Source: Azolla caroliniana (lineage: Eukaryota; Plantae; Polypodiophyta). From it: DNA of 36,333 bases. The notes below the pieces were generated by a model. The model ran no database searches and was not told where the DNA came from. It was given only the letters and a program-made list of their open reading frames with translations. Location: NCBI GenBank assembly GCA_043228905.1, contig JBHGNT010000309.1:1-36333 (forward strand), given 5' to 3'. This document shows, piece by piece, positions 1 to 12,500 of this stretch; position 1 is the first letter of the stretch, and every line of letters starts with the position of its first letter. The position numbers and the translations under genes are program-made.

Positions 1-2567
1 AGAGGATGCCGCAATCCATTGTGCCGCTCACATAGCGTAGAACTTGCTTAACACAATCCAAGTGAGTATCACGCGGTGTTTGCATGAATTGGCTAAGGAG
101 ACTGACCGGATAACTGAGATCGGGTCGTGTGATCGTGAGGTAGATGAGACTCCCGATGAGTTGTCGATACTGAGTTGGCTCACACACTTTGGTGTCGCAG
201 TTCGCATCTAGTTTGAGATTATGATCGAGCAGGGTTGCCATGGATTTGCACTCAGCCATACCGAACTTGTACAATAAGTTGAGCATGGAGTGCCGTTGGG
301 AGATCATGATTCTGGCCGGAGTCTGAATTACCTCGATGCCGAGGAAGTAGTGGAGCTCCTGCATGTCCGTCATCTCGAACTTGTGGGAAAGGAGGGATTT
401 GACCTTATTGATTTTGACGAGATGCTCACCTCCAATGACTAGGTCATCCACATATAAGATGATGACGATCAGACTTGCGGAATCACTTTGTATGTAGAGA
501 GAGTTGTCCAATTTTGACATACGGAAGCCGATTTGATGAAGATATTGCGTTATCTTCGAATGCCAAGAACGCGGTGCTTGCTTGAGGCCATAGAGTGGCT
601 TCTTGAGTCGGCAAACAACTTTCGGATGGGTGCTTGAGTTGAAGCCGGGTGGTTGGATCATGTACACCTCCTCTTCTAATTCGCCTTGTAGAAAGGCGTT
701 CTTGACGTCCATTTGATGGAGGTGCCACCCTTTCGCCGCGGCAATCGCAATTACGGTCCGCACCGTCGTCATCTTTGCCACCGGGGCAAAGGTCTCTTCG
801 TAGTCGACGCCATGCGTCTGAGCGTATCCTTTCGCTACGAGTCGAGCTTTGTAGCGGTTCATGGAGCCATCGGCATTATACTTCACCTTGTAGATCCATC
901 TGCATCCGATCGCCTTTCTGTGTGGTGAGGTGGGAACGAGATCCCACGTCTCGTTCTTCCGTAGTGCCTACATCTCCTCGTTCATTGCTTCAATCCATCG
1001 CGGGTCCTTCACGGTTTCCGAAAAGGTTTCTAGCTCCAGTACTGTCGCTACCTTCATCATAAAGACGTAATGGTACGCCATATAATTGTTGTAGCCGAAT
1101 CGGCTTACGGGGTTCTTTTCACGAGTGGATCGGCGGAGCTTTTCATTTGCAGAGATGAGGGCTTTCTTGGCTCGATTGGTACCTCGAAACCACCGAACTC
1201 ACTGTCGAGTGAGTGAGTCGACTCATCGTCGTTGAAGCAATCATCTTCGTATTCCGACATTTTCGCCTTGCCTTTGTCCATCTTCGGGCTAGGTCATGAT
1301 GTGCTTTGATCGCTCAAAGGCTCTTGTGGTCCGCTCAATCGGGTCGTGATCGGACTTTCTTCGAATATGCGCATAAGGCGATCTTCATCCTCGATCTCTT
1401 GTTTGGCGAATTCTTGGTCGAGCGGAGTCGGAGTTGGAGTTGTCTTTGGTGCGTACCAGGATGTGGACTCGTCAAAAACGACGTCTCGATTTACTCGAGA
1501 TTTTCGAGTTGAGGGGTTGTAGAACTTGTACCCCTTTTGCTCCAGTGAGTATCCTACGAGGATACATTTCTCCGACTTTGGGTCGAGCTTTTGACGCTTC
1601 TCGTCGGGGATGTGCACGTACGCAATGGAGCCGAATATTCGAACATGTGATAGGTTTGGCTTCTTTCCGAAGAATTTTTCATGCGGAGTGACCTCGTGCA
1701 CGCCGGATGTTGTGCACCGGTTCATTAGGTAGACAGTCGTATTTGCAGCTTCGGCCCAATATGACTTGGGCATATGCTTCTCGTTGATCATGGCCCGCGC
1801 TACTTCGAGGATGTGCCGATTTTTGCACTTCGCTACTCCGTTTTGTTGCAGAGTGTGTTGGCAAGTGAATTCTCACCGAATTCCTTCCTTTCGGAGATAA
1901 CCGTGAAATCATCCGAGAAGTACTCCTTGCTGCCATCCGATCGAAGGCATCGTACATGTCAGCCCATGGCTTTCTCGACTTCATTCTTGAAATTTTGGAA
2001 GTGTCCGAAGAGTTCGCTCTTTTGCTGCATCGGCTAGATCCAAGTGTGCCTAGAGAAGTCATCGATGAAGAGCACGTAATATCGGCATCCGCCGAATGTA
2101 GCCGTCTGCGCCGGTCCCAATACGTCGGAATGGACTATGTCGAGTAGACCTTTGCTCACGTTCCGCTCTTTCGGGAATGGGTGTCGGTGTTGCTTGCCGA
2201 ATTGACACGCTTCGCATACACCTTCAATCTCCTTCTCTTTGAATGTTGAGAGTCCGATGATGACTTCTTTCGATTTCATTGCTTTGAGTTTGTTAAGATT
2301 GATGTGGCCGATTCGTTTGTGCCATAGCTCTATGTCGGAGTCGGCTTTCGTGTTTTTCGCGAACATGGCGGATTTCATCTTGCGTGCATTGAGAATGAAC
2401 ATCCGGCTCTCTCTTCGTCCGCGTGCGATGAGTCGGCCCTCTTTTTCAATGAATCAACCGCCTTGATTAAATCGAACTTGCATCCTTGCTCTACAATTTG
2501 GCCGACGGAGACCAAATTCTTCGTAATGGTTGGTACATGCAAGACATTTTTAATGTAATTTTTCTTA
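1..2567 (-). mobile_element. Ty1/copia retrotransposon pol, 3' part (end of protease region, GAG-pre-integrase, integrase, reverse transcriptase); frameshifted, runs off window start
   Basis: Minus-strand motifs LWHKRIGH..CEACQFGKQ, RYYVLFIDDFSR, YWAEAANTTVYLMNR and KLDPKSEKCILVGY. RT motifs KARLVAKGYAQ, QMDVKNAFL and YVDD (~445-456). INT-before-RT order indicates copia. Confidence 0.95.
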
Positions 2568-2593
2568 GGGTCGAAGCATGCTACGGTGTACCA
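2568..2593 (+). repeat. Left terminal inverted repeat (26 bp)
   Basis: Reverse complement of 14574-14599 with 3 mismatches; preceded by TSD CTTA. Confidence 0.95.
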
Positions 2594-3943
2594 ACTTTTG
2601 GCCAAAAATTTAGTACTAAATCGAAGAAGAAAATAAACATTAAAAATTGTAAATAAATTTCAAAAAACAAAAAACAAATTCATTACGTCACACTCGAAAT
2701 GTCCCTAGGCCATATTTAATACATTAATTGTTGCCCTAGTCTCCTAGGTAGAGTTATACGAAAGCACACCTGGAGAAGGTATCCATTGTGACAGTTGGTC
2801 AGTCTCAGTATCTCTCTCTCTCTCTCTCTCTGGTATGGGTAGTCGAACGTGTCAGTTGGTATGTCTCTCTCTCTCTCTCTCTTCTGTCTCGAAGTTGTCA
2901 GACAGACAGTGGCAGAAAGTTAAAGAAAGACGACATATCTATTACAGGTCTATCTCTCTCTTTCTCTCTCTCACTCCACCTTCAAAGCTCTGTTTCTTTC
3001 TTTCTGTTTCTCTCTCTCACTCCACCTTCGATTCTCTGTTTCCCCGCGTAGCTGTTCTTGTGTTCCCCTCTGTGCCAGGTTCGATCTCTGAACTCTGTAT
3101 ACGCAGAGATTTTTGTTTCCCCTGCTCGTTGTATGTGTTGTTGATTTTCCTTCCTTGTGTATGCTCGTTTGTCTCCTCTGTGTATGCTCGTTTGTCTCCT
3201 CTACAGCAGCCTCGTCAAAAACCTCTTGCATATAGGTGATTTTGAAGGCTTGGTGTGCTCCCAAGGTGTAGAAATCAACACGGTGTGGTACCTCTGCAAG
3301 TTGTACGACCTCCAGGTATTCTCTGTGTTGCATGCCCAATTGGCATGTTTTGTTTTTTTGAATGTTTCTTGTCTGTCTGTTTTTTATTTGCATGTGAATG
3401 GCCATTTTTAGGTTTTGATTATTAATAGTCTATGTGTTGCATGCCCAACTGGTATGTTTTTGTTTTCTCTGTGTTTCTCTGTGTTTCTTTTAAAAATGTA
3501 TGACAATATTTTGATCGAGGTGGTTGTTTGTTAGACATGTTTGTACATGCAACGTAAATGGAGTTGGCGTCGATGAGTTGCTATGTTTTCGTTTTGTTCT
3601 TCTTTCCTGTCCATCTGTTTTATTTTGTGTGAGTTTGACATGGATGAGTGTTTTTCCGACTATTTTGGGTTTTTGTGTGTTTGACATGGCTTGTACATGC
3701 GATGTGATGGAGTTGGCTATGATGATTTACAATGTTTTCGTTTTCTTTGACTTTCCTATCCGTCTGTTTTTATTGTTTGTGTGTTTGACATGGATGAGTT
3801 TTTTTCTGACTATTTAGGGTTATGGTGTGTTTGACATGGTTTGTACACGCAATGTGATGATTTGCTATGTGTTGATGGTAATTGCTTGAGTTTTCTTCTA
3901 GTACATGCATATTCATTCCCTGAGAATTGTGTTGACTAGGACA

Positions 3944-6900
3944 ATGACGAGAAGGACACCCATAAAGAAGACATTGATGAAAGAGAAAGTGAAGACACCA
4001 GTGAAGGAAGGAAGAAGGACACCCATGAAAGAAAGCAAGAAGACACCCACAAGAGAAAGGGTGATGAATTCATCAACACAAAGAAAGAAGATGCACCACT
4101 CCATCAGTCGAGACACACCTCTTGGATGGAATTATTTCCTTCGAGCACGACCTGACGTTTATCCAGAGCTGAGAGAGTGGTTGTTAAAAACCTGGGGGTC
4201 AGCACATCCCGACACAAGGCGAGGATTCCACATAAGTGGTTTGAAGAGGGAATACATGAATTTATTGAAGACGAGATACGAACATGTTTATGATACAAAT
4301 CAAATCACTAACAATGAGGTGGGTACTGTTTTTGCACGTGCTTTTGCATGTGAAGTTCAAGGTGGCATTGACGTGAATTGGGAAGATTTTAATCGGCACC
4401 GGTCAAAACATTACAAAGGGTCCTCTAGTACCAACACTGGCTTGAAGTCATCTGGAACCTCTCATGTGGATATTCCAGCTACAACACCTGTCCACCAAGT
4501 TCTAGAGGCAAAGGTACGGGCCACAATGACTGAAAAGCATGAACACATGATGGCTGGTTGCATAGCTTCTATGAGCTCAAGAATACAAGCACTACTTGCT
4601 GGTTTGGAAGCAGTTAAATCAGCAGAGATACAGGCAGAAAAGAAATATTCTTCAATAAAAACTACATATGAATGGATTGCATCGACAATCCAAAATTCAG
4701 AAAGTGAGGTGTTGAAAGAGGAGTTGAAGAAAGAGCTGAACAATATGGGCACTCAATTAGGTTCACAGATGAGAGACCTTGATACTTGCAGGAATGCACA
4801 TGAAGAAATAGATAATAAGTTGTCAGCCTTAAAGTTGCATTCTGAGAACCTTGCATGCTTGATGCAGGATTTAAAACAAAATGGTTTTGATACTTTGTGT
4901 CCATCTGTAATTGAGCACCCAAGTGGTATAGAAAGTACCATTATTAGTATAGCTATATCACGGTATTGGCTTTAAAAGTTATTTATTTCTACTTCTCTGG
5001 TATAAATAAGTGAGCATCTAATATAATATAACTTGTGTTTGCAATCTTCCAGGTGTATATTTTGTGGCCTCGGATTCAAGCTGGAGGCTATGGATGTTGT
5101 GATTACACCATGCTTGCACACATATCATGTGTAAAACTACAATTGCGGCTGAGTGGTACTATGCTTGGGGTCTAAAAGTACACCCGTACGGTATGTGGCT
5201 CTACTATTCTATTGTTTGTATTATATGATGTCAATTAACATTTGGACTAGAACTAGTGTATGCCACAATTCATACTTGAAATTTAGTGTAATCTCTAACA
5301 ACTATTATGTGGAACCCTAATTATGTGGGTTAGTATTGGCAGTACTCTTAATATATAATTGGTATGTGTAGTTGAAGGGATATTTTCCAGAATTAGTAGT
5401 ACTAAAAGGGAACCATGTACAACATCGTCCAATCTATATTGCAACTTGCCTAGTATTAGTTTAGTAAACACTATACTTATAGTACACTGTTGACTGTTAG
5501 TATTGTTTGTGTAACTTGGGAATTAGTACTAGTAATGTAATTTGGGAACAAGGTGTATAGTAAATTGCTGAATAATAGTACAATTATTGTAATTTGGAAA
5601 TGAGGTGTGTGAAATACATATCACGTTTAGTACTAATACTGTTCAAGATTAATATTGTTGGTGTAATTAGTACAAGTTATGTAACTAGGTGTGTAGACCA
5701 CATATCATGTTTAGTATTACTTGTGTGCAAAATACCAATCTACATTTGTTGGATTAGTACTTAGTAAGTACTACATGGTTCATGATTAGTACTAGTTCTG
5801 TACTTTGTGAACTAAGTTACTAGTACAGTGCTCATGATTAATACTAGTTTTGTAATTTGGGAACTGAGTAGTACTTTGTTCCTTATTAGTACTAGTTTTG
5901 TACCTTATTAGTACTAGATCAGTAATCTAGAAAATAAGTGAGTAGTACATTTTGTAGGATTAGTACTAATTGTGTAATTTGACTAAGTCAATGGTACATT
6001 CTTGAGTACTACATTGTTCAGGATTAGTACTAATTGTGTAATTTGACTAAGTCAGTGGTACATTGTTCGGGATTAGTACTCCTTGTGTAATTTGGTAACT
6101 AAGTGAGTAGTATATTGTGCATGATTAGTACTACTTGTGTAAATTGGGAACTAAGTGAGCATTACATTGTTCGGGATTAGTACTCCTTGTGTAATTTGGT
6201 AACTAAGTGAGTAGTATATTGTGCATGATTAGTACTACTTATGTAAATTGGGAACTAAGTGAGCAGTACATTGTTTGGGATTAGTACTCCTTGTGTAATT
6301 TGGTAACTAAGTGAGTAGTATATTGTGCATGATTAGTACTACTTGTGTATATTGTGCATGATTAGTACTACTTATGTATATTGTGCATGATTAGTACTAC
6401 TTGTGTAAATTGGGAACTAAGTGAGCAGTACAGTGTTCCTTATTAGTACTAGTTCAGTAATTTAGGAACTATGTGAGTAGTACATTGTTCATGATTGGTA
6501 CATTGTGTAATATGGGAAGCAGCTCTTGTGACCTACATTATATATTTTAGATGATGGTACTAACATTCAAGGTTTTTTTGTTTCTTGCAATGAATGTTGT
6601 AGTGTCAAGCAACTCCACGCCAGGGAAGGTAATGGAACAACCAACCCCTGTGCCTAAACCCTCAATATCTGCTGCACATTCCAAGGTTCAGGGACCATCA
6701 TTACCAATAACCTATGATTTTTATGATGAGGATGAATGTATGAGAAGGGCCATTGGAGCAGTGGCACATATGCTTCTACAAACAAATTCCCCAAACTCCA
6801 GTCAACATCAAGAAATAGAGCCCACTAAGAAGAGAAATGCAGTTTCTTTACAAATAGAGCCCAGTAAGAAGAGAAATGCTGCAAGAATGTTGTATGGAAA

Positions 6901-8395
6901 CGGCAAGAAAGGCAAAGTTGAATGCAATGGTGAGTCATATAAGTTCTCACCTGTCCAGAGCATTGTCAACCTAATCCATTGTCTAATACCATGTACTTGT
7001 GTTACTAGCTGATGACGAAATGATATTTGGTGACGGAGATACGAGTCCAAAACTTGATCGTGAAGACGAATTTATCACACTCCTAGGTACACGTCAAAAG
7101 CCAGACTTTGAAAACAATGATTTAGCTCATAACAACCCTATTTTTGTTGCTATTATAGATCATAACAACACTGTTGAGCACCTAGATGTTGTGGAGAAGA
7201 TGACCGAGCCCACCACTTGCAATGGGGTATCTACGGCTGTACAGTATGATGATGTAACATTAGGTAAAAATGTGGCCCCTAAACCCTATGTTCATTGTTT
7301 GCAAACTTTTGAGTATGTGAGTTGATACCAATATTCTTTGGAATCCCATTAATTAGGTTTACAAGAGCAGTCTGATTCCCAACTGCAATCAAATGAATCA
7401 GGAACTTCATGGAGCACAAGTGCAGAGTCAGATTCTGGTCAGAGTCAGAATCAAATTAACCTTTGCACGGAGGCAGACTCTAGAAGCACATCTTCCACAC
7501 ATGAGGACTGTGAGAAAAACGAAGCATTCATATGTGAAGAGCAGCTGGCATGTACAAACAACACTATGTCTAAAGAAGCCTATGAGGAGTGTGGAAAGAA
7601 TATGGCAAGTACTGAAGAGAAGATTGAAGCCCATGAAGAGTGTGGAAAGAATACTGATAATGTGTTAGTAGTGTCTACTGATAATGTGCTAGTACTGTCT
7701 AAAGATTCCCATGAGGATCATGGAAAGAAGATTGCTAGTAATGAAGAGGAGCTTGATTGTACTGAGAATGTGCTAGTAGTGTCTTGTGAAGCCCATGAGG
7801 ATCGTGGAAAGAACATCGCTTTCCCTGAAGATAAGCCTGATTGTACAGAATCCCATGAGGAGTGTAGAGCGAACAACGTTACTAATGAAGGGGGGCCTGA
7901 TTGTATACTCAGAGCAAGCATACTAGCATCACCCAAGAGGACCAGGCAATAACGACCACCCAAGCAGGTACACGTTGTCTTAAGAATGAGGTGACATCCA
8001 CCGTACAAGAGGAGTTGACCATGACTACTGCCACGGTCCACATACAGGAGTCTAATAAGAATGAGTGTATAGGCATCGATGATGATGATAGGGCAATAAA
8101 GATCGCTAGGAGTACAAGCATTCAGGAGATGAGTGATAATTTGTCTATCGACAGCACCTTTGTGGATTTGTGTACAAGCATTGCAGTTGCAGAAAACACA
8201 GTTGCTCTCTCAAGCTTGCCACCAGTACAAGGTGCCCGCGCATCCACGCCTGTCTCTGATGCCTCTGATGATGAAGTGCCACTTAGTCAGCTCATACCTA
8301 AAGGCTTTAAGATAAAGAAGAATGTAAAATCAGAAAAATCTGGCACCAACAACAAGCGCATTACAAGATCGGCCAAGTTACCCTCTAGTGCTTGA
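3944..8395 (+). pseudogene. Transposon accessory gene, 5 coding exons (~3944-4962, 5053-5190, 6603-6929, 7009-7263, 7357-8395): basic TPxK N-terminus, coiled coil, partial RING-type finger, acidic low-complexity C-terminus
   Basis: All four GT-AG introns join in consistent phase (2,1,1,1). Exon 2 reads CIFCGLGFKLEAMDVVITPCLHTYH, then a frameshifting deletion, then CKTTIAAEWYYAWG. A second frameshift lies near 7900. Confidence 0.75.
5740..6510. repeat. Intronic tandem repeat, ~52-bp monomers in a 104-bp dimer, rich in TTAGTACT
   Basis: CGGGATTAGTACT recurs at 6068 and 6172 (104 bp apart) with alternating monomer types; degenerate copies on both sides. Confidence 0.85.
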
Positions 8396-8524
8396 TTGTC
8401 TTTCGGTTGTACTTGAACTTTAGTTGTTAGTGATGTCTGAAATTGAACTATTTGGATACCAAAATACTGTTTCAATTGCCAATGTCAAAAATCCAGTTCA
8501 TGAATCTGAAATAGTTATACCAGT

Positions 8525-9366
8525 GTGAAATCAAGTTCATGTTTAAGGATTGCTTCTGTATTTTGCTCGTCAACATATATCAAAAACAATGGGAATATAC
8601 TTTTTGATCTAAGTATTCTTATTTTACAACGTTTTGTTTCTTTTTTGAGATCATCTCCTAATCCTCGCAAAGTCTTTCAGTCTGTTGTAGATAAAATGCT
8701 TGAAAGTCTTCTTAGCTTGCTAGGAAAATTTAGGTTTTCAGGTGTTGATGATGAGAAACAGAAAATATCGGGTGTTATTGAAGATATACTGAATTATAGA
8801 CTGTTTCATCAATCCCATTTGGAGGGTAACCAGAATGTGTGCAAATTGTTGAAGCAATGTGGGCCATATTTTGATGATATCATCCCAAAGGATGAACCAT
8901 CCACTAACAGTAGTAAGGAAACACTTAAAGAAAGAAAGGTCTCTACTTTAAAATCCATAGCCTGGATATTCAGGACTTATATACAAGAAGTTAAAACTCA
9001 GATGGCTTCACAGGACATATCATGAAACAAAAAAGGATTCTAAGAGAATAATTTTCTTTGTTGTCTTAACAGAATTCATCACCCCCTTTGAAGAATGAAC
9101 TTACAGTAGAAAATCTTACAATATTAAAGTCTTTAATGAATTCAACTAACAATCTTCTCTTGGTAGCAAAAGAAGAGCATATTTATGTGCCAACAAAGGA
9201 CACACCAACTCTTATGAATCTAGACTTTATCAAGAAGATATACGATATTTTTACTCATTTTAACATGGCTCTGCAAAACTTCTATGCTCAAATAACATCA
9301 GGAAACATGAGCAATATCGGCAATGAAGAAATCCAAGTCCTGTTGACAACAGCTAATATATTATGA
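8525..9366 (+). pseudogene. URB2: Probable captured fragment of plant URB2/Npa2 (nucleolar pre-ribosomal protein), broken by a stop/frameshift
   Basis: LSILILQRFVSFLRSSPNPRKVFQSVVDKMLESLLSLLG...VIEDILNYRLFHQSHLEG resembles the plant Urb2 segment (LEPF..FL..HP..K..F.DFxDKLxEP..xLLG...IEDILS..LFH..HIDG) as recalled; not verified by search. Confidence 0.5.
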
Positions 9367-9511
9367 AAGATAAGTACAAGTGGTTGAGAGGCATAAACAC
9401 TTTAGAAGAAAGACGAAATATATCAATTCATTTGTCAATCATCAAAATTAATAGTGAACTCCAAGTGGATGTTTTTCAGTTTTCTAGTACAATGTATTGA
9501 TAGGGTGACTT

Positions 9512-12500
9512 TCAAGCATTAAATAGAGAGACCTCCCCTAATATGTGCTCATGAACCTCTTGGGGGACCTTGTAGACAGTGTTGTATCCCTTAACCTTGT
9601 GCTTTGCTTGAGTCATATTGAATTTGATCGCAAGAATGGCATTAGCGTAGATTATTGCGATGGGTGCTTCTTTTAGTAATGCATATGTGTTCTTGCACTG
9701 CGGCAACTTTGCATAATAGTTTCCATACACGACAGACTCACCAACGTTGAAATTGTTGCCCCAACCATCCCTCACCACTTCTTTCAATAATGTCTTTCCT
9801 TGCTTGCACACCACAATGTAGTAGTCTTCTAAATCTTCATTCTAAGGAGATTTGAGCACTGCAAAATGATCTCCAACTTCTAATAAAATTGCCAAGTCTT
9901 GATTTTGGTTGTAGTATACAATATCGTTTGAATGCACATCCTCTTCAATATCATCTTGTCGTTCAGGCTCAAGCTTCTATAGCTTCCAGGGCTCCACGAT
10001 TGATAGGTTGATGCATTTATCCCAAGCTTCATCTAGACACATGGAACAAAAGCATGATAAACTACGGAGTAACAATTGTGTTGTGTCCTTGCGGCTAAAC
10101 CCTAACACACAATGGGTGTTGCGTGTGCCTTTCACGGTTTTACAACCATATGATTTAATTCTATCGACCTCATCAGCGCGAACTTCAACAAACTATCTGT
10201 TCTTACCATCATTTGACATCTTCCATGTTAGCCACTGCACAACATCATGTGCATTTTGTAACTTAGCACCATTATTATCCAACTGCTCACTTGTAAGGGC
10301 ACGTTTGATCACAGCCCCCGCGCCATCATGCTCTCCTTTTCCATGTCCAGACCCGAAGTAATTCCATTGCATACGAATATTGAATAAGGAGAAATACCTG
10401 CTTTGGTATCTTAGGTTTCCAACAAAATTAGTACTATGTTGTCAATTGAGAGTACTACACTTCCATTAATACTGATTTAGTACAAATACAAAACAAAGCA
10501 TAGCACAACGTATCCATTGAGAACACTCTACACTTATTAAAAGATAAATAGTACTATGTTGTCAACCAACAGTACCTGGCATCCATTTAATACTAACTTA
10601 GTATGGATATAGCACAAAGTATAGTACAATGAGTTCATGGAAAGCACTCTACATGTATTAACAGATAAATAGTACAAAATGTTCAATATCGGATAGTACA
10701 GTACAATGTGTCCACGAAGAACACACCCCTCCTTAGAAGATCATTAGTACTACAAGACATGTACTTTACATCCCCCAATAAACACTGATTTAGTATAGAT
10801 ACAACACATAGTACAATACAGTGTGTTCATGGAGAACGCTGAACATTGATTAATAGATAATCAGTACCACACAGTGTGTTTAAAAGATGAGTACAAGATG
10901 AGTACAATACTATGAGTACAACATGAGTAAATACTGATTTAGTACAATTCTCTGAAGGACGGACAATACTATGAGTACAAGATGAGTACTTTACATCCTC
11001 CTGTAAACACAACATAGTACAGATACAACACACAACATAGTACAATGTGTCTATGGAGAACCCTTCACATGGATTAAAACATAATTAGTACAATTCTCTT
11101 AAGGACGGACAATACTATAAGTACAAGATGAGTACTTTACATCCTTTTGTAAACACAACATAGTACAGAACCAACACACAACATAGTACAATGTGTCTAT
11201 GGAGAACCCTTCACATGGATTAATCGATACTTAGTACAATTCTCTTAAGCACGGACAATACTCTGAGTACAATATGAGTACTTTACATCCTTCTATACAC
11301 ACAACATAGTACAGATACAACACACAACATAGTACAATGTGTCTATGGAGAACACTTCACATGGATAAAAAGATAATTAGTACAATTCTCTTAAGGACGG
11401 ACAATACTATGAGTACAAGATGAGTACTTTACATCCTTCTGTAAACACAACATAGTACAACGTGTCTATGGAGAACACTTCACATGGATTAAAAGTTACT
11501 TAGTACAATTCTCTTAAGGACGGACAATACTATAGAGTACAATACGAGTACTTTACATCCTTCAGTAAATACTGATTTAGTACAGATAGAACACACAACA
11601 TTGTACAAACAAAATTAGTATGCATGCATCCATTCACAAGTGCAAGATTCGAATAGTTACAAACATAATTAGTATGCATCCATGTGAATAGTACTGTTTG
11701 TTAATAGTTACAAACATAATTAGTATGCATCCACTAACACAGGAATTACTTCCTTACACATTGCATGATAAGTACTAAACATATGGATTAAAAATTACCT
11801 GGCGATAAAGTAGAACGATCGTGCCGCCTTAAACTGTGAGGCAGCACCATCAGACCAAACCCAATGACGGTTAAAGGTTAACCCTAGAGAAAATAAATCT
11901 GCATGGTGAAGCTTAAAACAATGTTGAACAAATAGTGTATCATGCTTTTTATCATTTGAAATGTAAAATATTGATTTCTTATGTAACTCACCGTCTTGCC
12001 TCCAATAGCAAATATGTACAAGTATTGTACATTGATCATTGTACCAATGCATTGATTGAACCTCATTTTGAACTTTAAATGTATAGTTTTCTGCAAAATC
12101 AATAACGGATACGATGACACCCATTGGTAAGTTATTAATACATTCCTTGAACTGTGAATTTTGCCAATAACTCCGGAAGTTATGTGGAATGAACTCCCCA
12201 AGTTGTTTCTTCAATTCTGAGACAAGGGTAGCAACACATGTCTCCTTATATACTTCCTTGATACGCTTAGTTACAACTCCCTTGCCAATATTTTCAGTCA
12301 CATACTCCAAATATTTCCATTTCACGATATGACTATTTCCCAAATCAAGCTCCTGCCTACAAAATAATGGTAGCGGACAAACCTTACATGTTCTTAATAG
12401 ACATGTACGACGATGCCACTCACATGATGGTTCTTTTTCACAAACACAAGACCTCCATAGCTCAGAAACGGATGCATAAGTCATGTTTCGTGCATGACAC

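Noticed and set aside
2788-3817. ORFs rich in L/S/F/C/V near the left end of the transposon
   Set aside because: They translate TC/TG-rich promoter, UTR and intron sequence with local duplications and show no domain signal.
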